Below, in pieces: positions 1 through 13,522 of a stretch of DNA of 64,000 nucleotides. This stretch comes from Mobula hypostoma (lineage: Eukaryota), in contig NC_086097.1 in NCBI RefSeq assembly GCF_963921235.1, positions 224,814,001-224,878,000 of the forward strand. The letters are read 5' to 3'. The notes beneath the pieces are model-generated. The model was not told the origin of the DNA and did no database searches. It worked only from the letters and a program-made list of their open reading frames with translations. The translations under genes were made by a program, and so were the position numbers. Within the stretch, counting starts at the first letter, position 1; each line of letters opens with the position of its first letter.

Positions 1-420
1 TCGAAGTGTGTAATCTTTTCAGTTGTTCTTTGTACTTCTAAACAGAATTTAATATTGCAGGAAACAAGTTTCTCTATTGTATATTTCATGTGTTTCAGTA
101 CTTTCAGTCAACTTTTGAAATTACGAAGTTCAAATGAAACACTTTTTAAGGGAGCTGTGACTGTATCTTGCGACCTCTGCTGGGAGAAAGCAGTCAATGG
201 ACAAAGAACATGCGACAGGTAGTGCTTTCATAGGCCTAATCCCCGTCAATAATCCACACGTCCACTGTTCCTATGGCTTTAGATCTGCCACCTGTTCAGA
301 CCTCCAGGAGTCACTCTGTTGCACAGGGCAATTCAGCCTCAGACCTAACCAAGGACCTGAGTGGCTTATTAACACCATGATGGCTCTGGTGTGGCTGCTT
401 CCACCTCTCATACTGCAAAG

Positions 421-1093
421 GAGAGGGGGAGAGGAGAAGAAGATGGCGGTGCGACGCAGTGTGCGCGGCCGCTCCGAGAAAATATCATATTTGTTAAATA
501 GGGACCGTGCACAATCCTGATTTGATGGAGACAGACGTGAGAAGCATGGAAGAACATCTGGAGAAACTTCTGAAATGCCCGCTTCGCTGCCACTGCTACT
601 GTGCGATCGAGAATCTCCGGAGGGGAAGGCCCCAAATCCTCGGCCTTGCCTATTGCCTGTTGCTGGGGCCAGGGTTGAAGCACTCGGAAGAGATGGTGCT
701 CGGTGCTCGGTGTTGAAGGCTCGAAGTTTTCGGACGGACTCAAGAGTTGGCTGTGGTCGGGTGCTTCCAGGATGCTGCATCGGCAAGTTTGCGGCGCTGG
801 AAGCTCATGGCAGGGAGAGTTATTCCCTTCTACCGTCTGCATGAGATGATGGGACTTTCGAGAAACTTTGAGACTATTTTTTTTACCGTGCCCATGGTCT
901 GTTCTTCATCAAATTACGGTACTGCTTTGCACTGTTGTAACTATATGTTATAATTATGTGGTTTTTGTCAGTTTTTTTCAGTCTTGGTTTGTCTTGTGTT
1001 TCTGTGATATCATTCTGGAGGAACATTGTATCATTTCTTAATGCATGCATTACTAAATGACAATAAAAGAGGACTGCATGTCCTCATAATCTA
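421..1093 (+). mobile_element. Non-autonomous LINE-derived (bipartite) retroelement, copy 1
   Basis: Starts with a GA-rich tract and AAGATGGCGG, has a CpG-rich 5' half, and ends with AATAAA and a TAATC tail. A homologous inverted copy lies at 16451-17135. No recognisable protein. Confidence 0.7.
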
Positions 1094-1189
1094 TTAAAAA
1101 AATTAGTCCGGTTGGATGTGAGCAGGGATTGTCACTGCCTACTGTTCGAGGGAAGAACATGCAGGACTTCCGGCAAAAAGGATGGAAAT

Positions 1190-1301
1190 TTGACACGTCC
1201 TGATGAATGGTCTCTGCCTGAATCATCGACTGTTTATTCACTTTCATAGATGCTGCCTGACCGACTGAGTTCCTCCAGCATCTTGTGAGTGTCGCTCTGG
1301 A
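1190..1301 (+). mobile_element. Penelope-like element terminal-repeat fragment with degenerate hammerhead
   Basis: GTCCTGATGAATGGTCTCTGCCTGAATCATCGACTG...GATGCTGCCTGACC matches the other PLE ends in the window. Confidence 0.65.
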
Positions 1302-1764
1302 AATGGTGACCATTTGGAAAGTACGTTCAGGCACAATGAGGAAGATGGCTTTATTCCACGCTCTTGTGTACAGCTTCATGACGCTGAGGAAGCCGCAGCT
1401 ATTTTCATGTCACTTTCTGCCTTAAAAGGTGCCTTTAATGTCATATAAAATCATTCCCTGGGTCAGTTCTGGAAAAAAGCAGCACCCTCAGCCTCTGGTC
1501 CACTGCGGATTCTACACCTTCAGTGAACTCTGCAGTCACTTGGACTTCCCAGAGTGACAGGCTGGAGTGTGAGGAGACATTAGCCTGTTGAACGTGCAGC
1601 CTCCTCTGCAGACCCTCGATAATGTAACGGCAGTCCATTTCGGACATGTGGTAAAAGTGGAGGGCAGGCTTACACTGTTGAGAGTCTGTTAAATATAGAC
1701 TTCAAGTTTATGTCATCTAAGGGCAAGAGACGAAGATAGTTCAGGGTCAGATTTAATATCACTG

Positions 1765-2180
1765 GAATGCTTGATAGCTCTGGACCTGTAGTCACTGAAA
1801 GTGGGGGGAAATCTCATTAAAACCTATCTGATATTGAAAGGCCAAGGCAGAATGGACGTTGACAAGTGTCCTATAGTGCGGGAGACTAGGATGAGAGGGC
1901 ATTAGAATAGAAGGGTGTCTCTTCTGAACAGAGATGAGGAGGAATTTCTTTAGGCAGAGAAACCTGCGGATTTCTTTGCTATAGACGTCAGTGGGGGTGG
2001 AGTTATTGGGTATATTTAAACCAGAGGTTGATAGGTTCTTGTTCAGCAAGGGTGTCAAATGTTATGGGCGGAAGGTGTGAGAATGGGATTGAGAGGGATC
2101 ATAAATCAGCCATGATGGAATGGCAAGCAGGCTCGATGGGCTGAATGGCCTAATTCTGCTCCTATGTCTTCTGGACTTAT
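1765..2180 (+). mobile_element. CR1 LINE 3' fragment (degraded)
   Basis: Homologous to the 3' end of the young CR1 at 27700-28128 (GGGCTGAATGGCCT..TTCTGCTCCTATGTCTT). Confidence 0.8.
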
Positions 2181-2546
2181 ATACTATATGAGCCACAGGC
2201 ACTGGGCAACTAGGATCCCTTTTTAAATCTGCACAGTATTGGCTCAGTTGGACACCTGTCAATCACTACAAGTGTCATTCTTTGGATTTTTTTTCTTGAG
2301 TTCTTGTCCTTGCATTCTTTAATTCCAACAATAATATATCTTACAATAATATATAAAATAAGTATTTTGCTTCCAAGTTGATGCTAAATAGCAGTTTGAA
2401 TGATGTTAATAACTGTTAATGCCTGTCATGCCTCCCGGCTCAACCAGACAGGGGCAACTTCCAGAGGATGCAGGTACCTAGATCCAGATGCCTGGGCACC
2501 TGGAAACTGAAAATGTTTTACAGAAACCATCTATCGGTAGGTGATT

Positions 2547-2873
2547 TTAAAAACGCAGACACAAAGAAATCTGCAGATGCTGGAAATTCAAGCAACACAC
2601 ACAAAAAATGCTGGTGAACACAGTAGGCCTGGCAGTATCTAAAGGAAGAGGTACAGTCAATGTTTCGGGCCGGGACCCTTCGTCATCTAAGAGCTGGAGA
2701 AGGGCTCCCTCCCTCCCTTCCTGTCTTCTCCTATCATTTTGGATCTCCCCTCCCCCTCCACTTTCAAATCTCTTACTATCTCTTCTTTCAGTTAGTCCTG
2801 GCCCGAAACATCGACTGTACCTCTTCCTATAGATGCTACCTGGCCTACTGCGTTCACCAGCATTTTTTGTGTG
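2547..2873. mobile_element. Penelope-like inverted terminal-repeat insertion with 15-bp TSD
   Basis: TATCGGTAGGTGATT at 2532-2546 and 2874-2888; two inverted arms of PLE terminal sequence. Confidence 0.85.
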
Positions 2874-3196
2874 TATCGGTAGGTGATTGAATGGTGATGC
2901 TGTGGTCATATAGTATTCGTATGTTTAAGTCCAGAAGCAAATTTCCATGATCTCTCAGGCTGAATAATTGCTTTGTATCCAAGAAACATGTTGCTTGGGG
3001 GCAAATTACAAGACATTCAAGTCTTGGATGTCTCTGACAATCTCTGATGTGCTAAAACATAAATACATGGTATAACAGCGCCACATTGTGGCTGACGGCA
3101 GATCTGCACCATCTTTTACGGTAACATCAGATTACATCATGATTCTTTCACATGTAATCATTAACTTTAAACAACCACTGGTACATCAATAGAAAA

Positions 3197-3428
3197 CTAT
3201 TTAGAAATACAGCCTGGCAACAGGCCGTTCTGGCCCAAAGAACCCGCACTGCTCAATTGCACCCATGTGGCTAATTAACCTACTGATACTAATCCACATG
3301 TTTTTGGAATGTGGGAGGAAACCAGATCAACAGGAGGAAAGTCACCATCAGAGAGAGAGGGTAAAAACTTCTTTCAGACAATGGTGAATTTAACCTGGGT
3401 TGCTGGCACTGTACATCTTTATGCTAAA
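3197..3428 (-). mobile_element. V-SINE-like SINE
   Basis: TGTGGGAGGAAACCAG..GGAGGAAA core; related copies at 19748, 31055 and 41730. Confidence 0.6.
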
Positions 3429-3514
3429 GTGCAACTTGATTTTGAAATTTTGAAACTATCTTCAGCATAAGGAGCAATGGTTACTTTAATATTTGGAAAA
3501 GTAACACTATTGCT

Positions 3515-3777
3515 TTTATTCCTTCCTCTCCAGACCTTTACTCTTACTGGCCACCTGGCCTCACTTATCACCTCCTCGCTATCATCCTTCCCCTCCCCCC
3601 ACCCTTTTTATTCTGGCATACTTCCCCTTCCTTTCCAGCCCTGATGAAGGGTCTCTGCCTGAATCGTTGGCTGTTTATTCATTTCCATAGATGCTGCCTG
3701 ACCTGCTGAGTTCCTCCAGCCTTTTGCGTGTTAGTTGCTTTGGATTTCCAGCATCTGCAGAATCTCTCATGTTTATG
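3515..3777 (+). mobile_element. Penelope-like element 3' terminal fragment with degenerate hammerhead
   Basis: Pyrimidine-rich tract, then CAGCC-CTGATGA-AGGGTCTCTGCCT-GAATC-GTT-GGCTG, then the CCAGCATCTGCAGA tail. Confidence 0.75.
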
Positions 3778-4009
3778 CCCTTGTAGAAGTTTTCATGATG
3801 GTATTTAGGTTTCAAAACCTTGACAAAGCTTGATCAAGGTTTGAAAAGAGTGATTAAAACTTGGAATAGTTACAAATACCTTAAATTCCTTTATGATACT
3901 TTTGGAAGATTTTTGATTGGATAAATATAGATGAAATTCTTTCATTTACATCTGTTTTCAGTTTCTTATTATAATAATGCAATGAGTTAATTGAAAGGTG
4001 CAGAGAAAT

Positions 4010-4252
4010 TACTTTAGTCAGAGTGTGGTATATCTGTGAAATTTGTTGCCACGAGCAGCTGTGGAGTGCAAGTCATTGGGTGTATTTAGGGCAGAGATAG
4101 ATAGGTTCTTGATTATCCAGGGCATCAAAGGGTATGGGGTGAAAGCAGGGGAGTGGGGATGACTGGAAGAATTGGATCAGCCCATGATTGAATGGTGGAG
4201 CAGACTCGATGGGCTGAAAGGCCTACTTCTGCTCCTATATCTTATGGTCTTA
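4010..4252 (+). mobile_element. CR1 LINE 3' fragment
   Basis: CR1 3' UTR ending CTATATCTTATGGTCTTAT. Confidence 0.8.
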
Positions 4253-4989
4253 TAAACAAGCTGCTGGTGTATCTCAGCATGTTGAGCAGCATATGAGAGG
4301 GGAAGGACATTATCTGCTTTTTCAGGACTGATGCCCTGTTTTGGCCTCAAATGTCAATAACTCCTTCCCACCTCCAGAGGTGCTCATGGATCTGCTGAGT
4401 TCCTACAGCAGCTTGCTATTTTGCTCCAGAATGCAGCACCTGCCGTCTTTTAGGTCTCTAAAATGAGAAATGGTGTGGGTTTATCAGCATTTAGTCGAGC
4501 TGTGATGTTTACTCTGTATCATCAGTGAGGTCGCAGAGCCTGTTGGAAGCATTTCCAATTTGCACCTTTTCATCTGTAATTTGTGCACTGGTGTTCGGTT
4601 TGGCTTTCCTTTTCACCGTCAACCCAGGATCCCGAGTCACTGAAGCTAGTCCTCAGCCAATTCAGTTCCACTTAGTATCAAAGAACGGCTGAGATAATTG
4701 GATACAACAAAGACAGTGGGACAGAAAATGTCATGAATGTGAAAGTGTATTCCAGAGCTAGTTGTACCTCTAGTCCTGGTGCCCATTACAGGTATAGCTC
4801 CAGCACACACATTACACAATAAATTGTCCAGCTATGTCCCAGTCATTTAATTCAGGAAAAATCCAATACAACTAATTACCACCAAACAGATGGACCTTGC
4901 TTTTCTTCAGTTGGACACTGTTGAAACTTTATGGCTCCTGGCTTGCAAAGGAACAGCTCCTGGCAGGACCAATCTTCATCTCGATACAT

Positions 4990-5560
4990 TGATGAGTTTA
5001 ATTTCGAGGTGCTGCATTTTATGAAGATAATTGAGGGTGAAACATTCACAGCAAAGGATAGGGCCCAGGGGAATGTTGTAGAACAGAGGGACCCAGGAGT
5101 ACAGGTACATGATTCCCTGAAAGGGGCACACAGGTAAGCAGAATAGTGAAGGTGTCTTTTGGCACCCCACCCTTCCTCAACATTGAGTATAGAAGTTGGG
5201 ATATTATGTTGCAGTTGTAGTTCAGTTTTGGTCAGCATGCTGTAGGAAATTTGCCACTGGGGTGGCAAGAGTGTAGAGGGAATTTACAAGGATATTGTCA
5301 GGGGCTGACTTACGGAGAGAGGCGGAGCAGGTTGGGACTTATTTCACTGGAGCCTAAGAGAATAAGGGTTGATCTTATACAGAAGTATACAATCCTGAGG
5401 GGCATAGATAGGGTAAAATCAAGAATGAGAGAGGGAAGAGATTTAATAGAAACTTGAGGGTCAACTTCGTACACCCAGAGAGTGATCAGTATATTGAATT
5501 AGATGTCAAAGGAAGTGGTTGAGGCAGGTACTTTAAAAAGAACTTGGACAGGTACGTGAA
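4990..5560 (+). mobile_element. CR1 LINE ORF2 C-terminal fragment (degraded)
   Basis: ORF 5251-5457 (YGERRSRLGLISLEPKRIRVDLIQKYTILRGIDRV) resembles YEERLDELGLYSLEFRRLRGDLIETYKIL of the young CR1. Confidence 0.8.
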
Positions 5561-5589
5561 TAAGAGCTTGCTTTCCTCACTTGCTGACC

Positions 5590-7215
5590 CCATTCAGTTC
5601 AGACTGACAACAACATCTCCTCCACAATCACCATCAGCACAGGTGCACCACAAGGTTGTGCGCTCACCACCTGATCTACTCACCTCACACTAAGGACTGC
5701 GGCTAAGCACAACTCTAACACCATACTCGAGTTTGCTGATGACAGCACTATCATAGGCCAAATCAAAAGCAGCATATAGGAGGGGTATTGAAAAGCTGGG
5801 TGAATGGTGCCACAACAACAGCCTCTTACTCATGTGTCAGCAAAACCAAGGAACTGATTATTGATTCCAGGAGGAAGAAACCAGACATCCATGAGCCAGT
5901 CCTCACCGGAGGATCAGAGGTGGAGAGGGACAGCAACTTTAAATTCCTTGGTGTTTGTCAGGACGCTGGAGCAGGGATCCAATCGCAGACCCAGTACTGT
6001 GCACAGTGATATTAATTGAGTAACAAATCCCAAGGTGCAAACAAAGTCAGCATCAAAGTTCAGGCAGAGATCAAAACAGCCAGAGAAATCCAAAAACCAG
6101 AATCAGGAAACAGGCAGAGTCAATATTCAGACAGACAGAGTTCAGATACAAATGCTGGAAAGGCTCAGGAAAATTCACTGGCACAATCTGGCAACAAACA
6201 GGTGAAAACACAGGACTGAAACACACTGAGCAATAAACAGAGAGGCAGATGATAGGTGGAGCACAATGAGACACAGGTGGCAGCAATATAGGTAACAATG
6301 AGAAACAGATGAGAGACGGAGTACTCAGTAATACGGGGTTGGAGTAGAGCAGGAGCGGGGACAGGAGTACATGGCAATACGAAACCACAGACTGACAGCT
6401 GGGGGAAACATACAAAAAGACAGAATTCAACTGGAGATACTGACAGTGTTATTATTTCAGAGGACCTGTCCTGGGCTAAACACGCAAGTGCAATTACGAA
6501 GAAAGCACAGCAACGCTTTTACTTCCTCAGGAGTTTACAAAGATTTGATATATAAAACTTGGACAAACTTCTCTAGATGTGTGTTGGTGAGTATACTGAC
6601 TGGTTGCATCACAGCCTGGTATGGAAACTCCAATGTCCTTGAACAGAAAATCTTACAAACAGTAGTGGTGTATGGCCCAGTCCATCACGGGTAAAACCCT
6701 CCCCACCATAGAGCACATCTGCATGGAGTGCTGTCACAGTAAAGAAGCATCCATTATCAGGGACCCCCACCACCCAGGACATGCTGTCTTCTCGCTGCTG
6801 CCATCAGAATGGAGGTACAGGAGGCTCAGGACTTTACATCACCAGGTTCAAGGACAGTTATTACCCCTCAACCACCAGGCTCTTGAACCAATGGGGTTAA
6901 CTTCACTCAACTTCACTTGCCCCATCAGTGAAATGCTCCCAGAAACTGTGGACTCACTTTCAAGTTCTCTTCATCTCATGTTCTCCATATTTATTGCACA
7001 TTTATTTTTTTGTATTATTCCTTTCTGTTTGTATTTGCACAGTTTCTTGTCTTTTGCACACTGGTGAATGCCAGGCTGGTGTCGGTTTTCATTGAATCCA
7101 TTGTGATTATTACTCCATTATGGATGCTTTGATCACGCCCACAATAAAATGAATCTCAGAGATGTACATGGGGACATATGTATACTTTGATAATAGATTT
7201 GCTTTGAATATTGAA
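5590..7215 (+). mobile_element. Rex1/Babar-type LINE 3' half (degraded), interrupted by a solo LTR
   Basis: KTKELIID, FKFLGV, SILTGCITAWYGN and IIRDPHHPGH motifs; 3' tail ACTTTGATAATA..TTTGAA. Confidence 0.8.
5956..6445. mobile_element. Solo LTR (490 bp), probably Gypsy-type
   Basis: TGTCAG...CTGACA inverted termini and a perfect 5-bp TSD GTGTT (5951-5955, 6446-6450). The host Rex1 sequence resumes after it. Confidence 0.85.
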
Positions 7216-8029
7216 CTTGCATAGACCAAATTGGGAAAATGGGAGTCTTGGTTTGCATAGACCATTTGGCGTGAAAGCTGCTATTTCTGTCCTTTGTGAC
7301 TCTATGTCTGTTATTGATCAAGATCTCTGCTAGAAATTTTGGTTCACCTGTTCTTTCCTTCTTTTGTCGGCTTGCCGAGTGAACACTTTATCAATGTTGC
7401 CAGCGTCCATGTAATGAGGTTTAATGTGGTCGTCTAAACTCATGGGCAATTTAGGTTGTATTTTGTGTGTTGGAGCAGACAAAACTTTATGTTGGGCCAG
7501 AGGTCATATAACCTTTTTTTGAATTTGTATTGGCTTCTTGTGTAATTCTGCACAAACTTGTTAGTAAAACCATTCTCTCTAATAGTTGGATGCAGTAATT
7601 TGCTTTATAGTATTTGATCTATAATATCTGAAATAGAAAAGGCACTTTTACATTTGATAGTTTGTGTTTTTTTTGCCTGATCTGGTTTTTTTTTGTGTGG
7701 GGAAGGGGATTTAGGGATTGATGTGCCTGTTCGACTTAGTTCGTTTTTTTTGTGCAGAGAGGGATTTAGGGGTTTACATGCCTGCTGTGCTTTTGTTTGC
7801 TTTTTAGTGTGTGTGTGCAGGGGGGTTTTTGGGGGGATTCATGATCGTGCTGCCTTTCTTTTCTTACTTAGTTTCTGGCTCTGAAGAATTTCAGAGTTGT
7901 ATACTCTGATAGTAAATGAACCGTTGAACCTTTGATATCAAGCTCTGTATATGAAAGTAATGTCAGATGCCCTGAGTAATTTTGATTTCTTCACCAGCTA
8001 ATCGACAAACTAATCTATCTCATAGAGCT

Positions 8030-8440
8030 CTGGTAAGAGAGATATATATGTATATTAAATAGTTAAATAAGTAGTGCAAAAACAGAAACAATAAAAAACG
8101 TGAGGTAGTGTTCATGAGTTTGATGTCCATTTCGAAATCGGATGGCAGAGGGGAAGGAACTGTTTCTGCATTGCTGAGTGTGTGCCTTCTGGTTTCTGTA
8201 CCTCCTTCCAATGAGAAGGGGGCATGTCCTGCATGGTGGGCCCTTGATGATGGAAGCCGCTTTTCTGACGCACTGCTCCTGGAAGATGTCTTGGCTACCA
8301 CGGGGACTAGTACCCGTGATGGAGCTGATGAATTTTACGACTCTCTGCAGCTTACTTTGATCCCGTGCAGTAGCCCCCCCCCCGCACCCCCACATAACAG
8401 ATGGTGATGTAACCAGTCAGAATGATCTCCATGAAACATC
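8030..8440 (-). mobile_element. Rex1/Babar LINE 3' fragment
   Basis: ORF 8063-8395 contains KLQRVVK, KAASIIK and RNSSFPSAIRF. Confidence 0.75.
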
Positions 8441-9876
8441 CAGACATAGGTATGATCAGAAAAGTTGTGACGTGGAATCGATTTCTCATTATACATCCGT
8501 CCTAATGTTTGATAAATTAAAATGAAAATTATAGAGTCATAGGATCATAGACAAGTACAGCACAGAAACAGGCCCTTCGGCCCATCTAGTCTGTGCTGAA
8601 CCATTTAAATTGCCTACTCCCATCAAAATAGTGGTTAACCAGATATTGCCCATCTTTCAATATCATCTCAAAATTAAAATGATGCCTTGCTCTTCTGGCA
8701 TCTGAACGGCATCTGAAAAGAGGGGGACGGATTTTATTTGTATCAAGCACCCAAGTGACCATGAAAGAGAGTACTGATACCCAACCTGAGTGCTTGATCT
8801 CAGATGCCTCCAACTCTGGGCGATTTCATAAATGCCTGGTGTTCAAACAACTCACAAAGCCACTCCATTGTGTATTGTGCAGAATGCTCAGAGATCAACA
8901 CTGATTATCTGTTCACATGAAGATCTTGCGTGATTTTACTAATTGTGAAGGTGACAGGGGCAATTCAGCAGCCTGATCACGGAAAGTTTTCTTTGGGTAA
9001 CAATTTTGAAAGGAAAACACTTTTCTTTTCATAATTATCTGCAGGGAATTGTAGCCTTCCAGGCCAGAATGCACAGACTGAAGAGATGCTGTGCTAATGT
9101 GATTCAATAGCATTTCAATAAAATCAGTGTGCTGTGGGGATATTGACTCCTTAAACTGGTTGTTTTTGATGGCTAGAAACTTCTGAAGGTCTCTTCTCCC
9201 ACCAGCCCTGGCACATCATCAACCAGATCTTTGCAAATAGTTAAATCAGGCGCTCTGTGACTCTGCAGTTTACACTGATCAACAAAAGGAACCCTTTCTT
9301 TGGAATGCAACGTAAAATCAAAACCATTTCATGCCAAAGCCAATGTTTTACTAATTCTCAAGGTCATAATATATTTTCAGATGAATTCCATATTCTGTAA
9401 AGGAAAGGTAAACTCAGCAAAATGTGTGTTGTATTGCTTGAAGATCACTTTATATTTCAATATATTATACTTAGAAAAATAGCCAACAGTGAATTTAAGC
9501 AGGTTCTCAGCTTCTGTCAGAATTGCTTAAAGTCTTGGCACAAAGTCATTGAAATGGAGCTGTTTTTCTTAACTGATAGGGACAAAGTGGAAAGGCAATG
9601 AATTGTGGATTCGTAACTTGAGTTTGTTTCTCTTCTGGATCCAAGCAGGTCGATCAGTTTAAGTTGTGGCCTCGGTGGAATCAGGTATTATTTTCCAGGA
9701 AGTGATTATTTTGATCAATTTAACAGTGAGAAAAGCACGAAGCATGTATTAGATCTGGTTAATATTGTTCAAGCAATGGCTTGTATTCACAATGAGGCCT
9801 TGAAATGACAGCAGGATATGGAAAAGGCAGCATATGTGATAGCAGCAGGGGGCATTCAGCCTTTGAGGAGTGACTC

Positions 9877-10006
9877 TCACAACACACTGGAGGAACTCAG
9901 CAACGATCAGTCAGCGTTTCTTTCCACGGATGCTGCCCGACCTGCTGAGTTCCTCCAGCGTGTTGTGAGTGTTGCTTTGACCCCGGCGTCTGCAGAGTGT
10001 TTTGCG
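9877..10006. mobile_element. Mini Penelope-like inverted insertion with 15-bp TSD
   Basis: TTTGAGGAGTGACTC at 9862-9876 and 10007-10021; arms CACAACACACTGGAGGAACTCAGCA and TGCTGAGTTCCTCCAGCGTGTTGTG. Confidence 0.85.
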
Positions 10007-10154
10007 TTTGAGGAGTGACTCCCCTGTCCCGGAGCACTCTCTTGTATTCCCTCGTCCTGCAGCAAACACATTATCAGCTGTCGTGATGAATCCTAAGGAG
10101 AAATTGTGAAGCAAGGGCAGCAAGAATTAAAAGGAAAATTAAAGTTAGGACCAT

Positions 10155-10556
10155 GTAGTCTTGTGTTGTGTAGTAGAATGAGGGGAGATTTGACAGAGGT
10201 ATACAAAATTACGACGTGTATAGATAGAGTAAATGCAAGCAGACTTTTTTCCACTGAGGTTGGGTGAGACGAAAATTAGAGGTTATGGGTTAAGGGCCAA
10301 AGGTGAAATGTTTAAGGGGAACACGAAGGGGAGCTCTTTCACTTGGAGTGCGGTGAGTGTGGAATGAGGTGCCAGCAGAAGTGGTGGATATGGATTTGAT
10401 TTCAACATTTGAGAGAAATTTGGATAAGTACGTAGATGGGAGGGATATGGAGGGCTGTTTTCCAGGTGCAGGTCAATGGAGATACGCAGAATGATAGTTT
10501 GGCTAGATGGGCCAAAGGGCCTCCTATTTCTGTGCTGTAGAGCTCTATGACTCTAC
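10155..10556 (+). mobile_element. CR1 LINE 3' fragment
   Basis: Homology to the CR1 3' end; tail CTCTATGACTCTA. Confidence 0.75.
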
Positions 10557-11402
10557 GAATGAAAGTAAGGCAATAAAAATAGGAAAATTACTAGAAATGG
10601 AACTCACAGCCACTGTGTCTACTTTATATGTTGAATTATTGCAGTCCTGACACATTTAGCCGAGTAACAGACTCTTTTCAATTTATACACCTGTTTGGGC
10701 CACAGCAGAAGTTCAAGATTCTCCCCCAAATGAGCACAGCGCTCACTTGGATATCTAATATCTGAAGCCTCTTTTTCACGAAATCTGTGCAGTCCAGTCA
10801 GAGCTTCCACTTAACCAAGAGTTGTGTTCCTCCGACACTCATAGTTGTATCAGAACAGTTAAGGAGAGACAAAGATGGAATAGTTAACCAGGCTCCCTCT
10901 CCAGCAGTCACCAGGCATATCATTTCATCCTCAAATTCAAGCCTAATTTACAGTTACAGCCTTGATCTAGTGACAGCATCCTTGCCTTTCAGTCAGAGGA
11001 TAATGAATATCCCACTAGCTCTTAAATTCCTAACATCTGGCTCCTCTGCTCCACAATTTGTGTTTCTTGAGTCACTTCAGTTATATTTGCTCCTTCACTC
11101 CTGTGGCTATACCTTCAACTGGTAAGGAACAGATGACAAGAGCTACTTCCTGAACCTTCCCTTCTCTTTTTCTTTCATTAACTTGCATTGGCCCTAATCT
11201 TTCCTCATGTGGATTGCGATCAGGAGTACTCTTGTGGAGTGAGGCTCGAAGGGCCAGAAAGGCCTATTCCCCGCTGTATCTGTAAACCAAATAGAATAAA
11301 AATTAAAAATTGGGAGGCAATTCCAGTATTCTCCCAAGTGATGTACAGTACCTGGACCACATCAGGAGAGAAGGGTAATGATATACAGTACCTGGAACAC
11401 AT

Positions 11403-11791
11403 CATAGAAACCATAGAAAAACTACAGCACAGAAACAGGCCTTTTGGCCCTTCTTGGCTATGCCGAACCATTTCCTGCCTAGTCCCACTGACCTGCACAC
11501 GGACCATATCCCCCCATACACCTCCCATCCATGTATCTGTCCAATTTATTCTTAAATGTTAAAAAAGAAACCGCATTTACCACTTCGTCTGGCAGCTCAT
11601 TCCATACTCCCACCACTCTCTGTGTGAAGAAGCCCCCCCAATGTTCCCTTTAAACTTTCCCCCCTCACCCTGAACCCATGTCCTCTGGTTTTTTTCTCCG
11701 CTTGCCTCAGTGGAAAAAGCCTGCTTGCATTCACTCTATCTATACCCATCATAATTTTATATACCTCTATCAAATCTCCCGTCATTCTTCT
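11403..11791 (-). mobile_element. CR1 LINE 3' fragment
   Basis: ORF 11597-11785 (GDLIEVYKIMMGIDRV...TRGH); CATAGAAAC tail. Confidence 0.85.
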
Positions 11792-11852
11792 ACATCAGGA
11801 GAGAAAGGTAATGATATACAGTATCTGGGTCACATCAGGAGAGAAGGATAAT

Positions 11853-13522
11853 AGAAACATAGAAACACAGAAAATAGATGCAGGAGTAGGCCATTCGGCC
11901 CTTCGAGCCTGCACCGCCATTTATTATGATCATGGCTGATCATCCAACTCAGAACCCCGCCCCAGCCTTCCCTCCATACCCCCGATCCCCGTAGCCACAA
12001 GGGCCATATCTAACTCCCTCTTAAATATAGCCAATGAACTGGCCTCAACTGTTTCCTGTGGCAGAGAATTCCACAGATTCACCACTCTCTGTGTGAAGAA
12101 GTTTTTCCTAATCTCGGTCCTAAAAGGCTTCCCCTTTATCCTCAAACTGTGACCCCTTGTTCTGGACTTCCCCAACATCGGGAACAATCTTCCTGCATCT
12201 AGCCTGTCCAATCCCTTTAGGATTTTATACGTTTCAATCAGATCTCCCTCAATCTTCTAAATTCCAACGAGTACAAGCACAGTTCATCCAGTCTTTCTTC
12301 ATATGAAAGTCCTGCCATCCCAGGAATCAATCTGGTGAACCTTCTTTGTACTCCCTCTATGGCAAGGATGTCTTTCCTCAGATTAGGGGACCAAAACTGC
12401 ACACAATACTCCAGGTGTGGTCTCACCAAGGCCTTGTACAACTGCAGTAGTACCTCCCTGCTCCTGTACTCGAATCCTCTCGCTATAAATGCCAGCATAC
12501 CATTCGCCTTTTTCCACCGCCTGCTGTACCTGCATGCCCACTTTCAATGACTGGTGTATAATGACACCTAGGTCTCGTTGCACCTCCCCTTTTCCTAATC
12601 GGCCACCATTCAGATAATAATCTGTTTTCCTATTTTTGCCACCGAAGTGGATAACTTCACATTTATCCACATTAAATTGCATCTGCCATGAATTTGCCCA
12701 CTCACCCAACCTATCCAAGTCACCCTGCATCCTCTTAGCATCCTCCTCACAGCTAACACTGCCACCCAGCTTCGTGTCATCCGCAAACTTGGAGATGCTG
12801 CATTTAATTCCCTCATCCAAGTCATTAATATATATTGTAAACAACTGGGGTCCCAGCACTGAGCCTTGCGGTACCCCACTAGTCACCGCCTGCCATTCTG
12901 AAAAGGTCCCGTTTATTCCCACTCTTTGCTTCCTGTCTGCTAACCAATTCTCCATCCACATCAATACCTTACCCCCAATACCGTGTGCTTTAAGTTTGCA
13001 CACTAATCTCCTGTGTGGGAACTTGTCAAAAGCCTTTTGAAAATCCAAATATACCACATCCACTGGTTCTCCCCTATCCACTCTACTAGTTACATCCTCA
13101 AAAATTTCTATGAGATTCGTCAGACATGATTTTCCTTTCACAAATCCATGCTGACTTTGTCCGATGATTTCACCGCTTTCCAAATGTGCTGTTATCACAT
13201 CTTTGATAACTGACTCCAGCAGTTTCCCCACCACCGACGTTACGCTAACCGGTCTATAATTCCCTGGTTTCTCTCTCCCTCCTTTTTTAAAAAGTGGGGT
13301 TACATTAGCCACCCTCCAATCCTCAGGAACTAGTCCAGAATCTAATGAGTTTTGAAAAATTATCACTAATGCATCCACTATTTCTTGGGCTACTTCCTTA
13401 AGCACTCTAGGATGCAGACCATCTGGCCCTGGGGATTTATCTGCCTTCAATCCCTTCAATTTACCTAACACCACTTCCCTACTAACATGTATTTCCCTCA
13501 GTTCCTCCATCTCACTGGACCC
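11853..13522 (-). mobile_element. Young 5'-truncated CR1 LINE (ORF2 RT domain, frameshifted)
   Basis: ORF 12383-13549 has KSPGPDG, NYRPVS, YLDFQKAFD, GVPQGSVLGP and KFADD. Tail reads (ATAGAAAC)n on +. TAAT is duplicated at 11849-11852 and 13523-13526. Confidence 0.95.
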
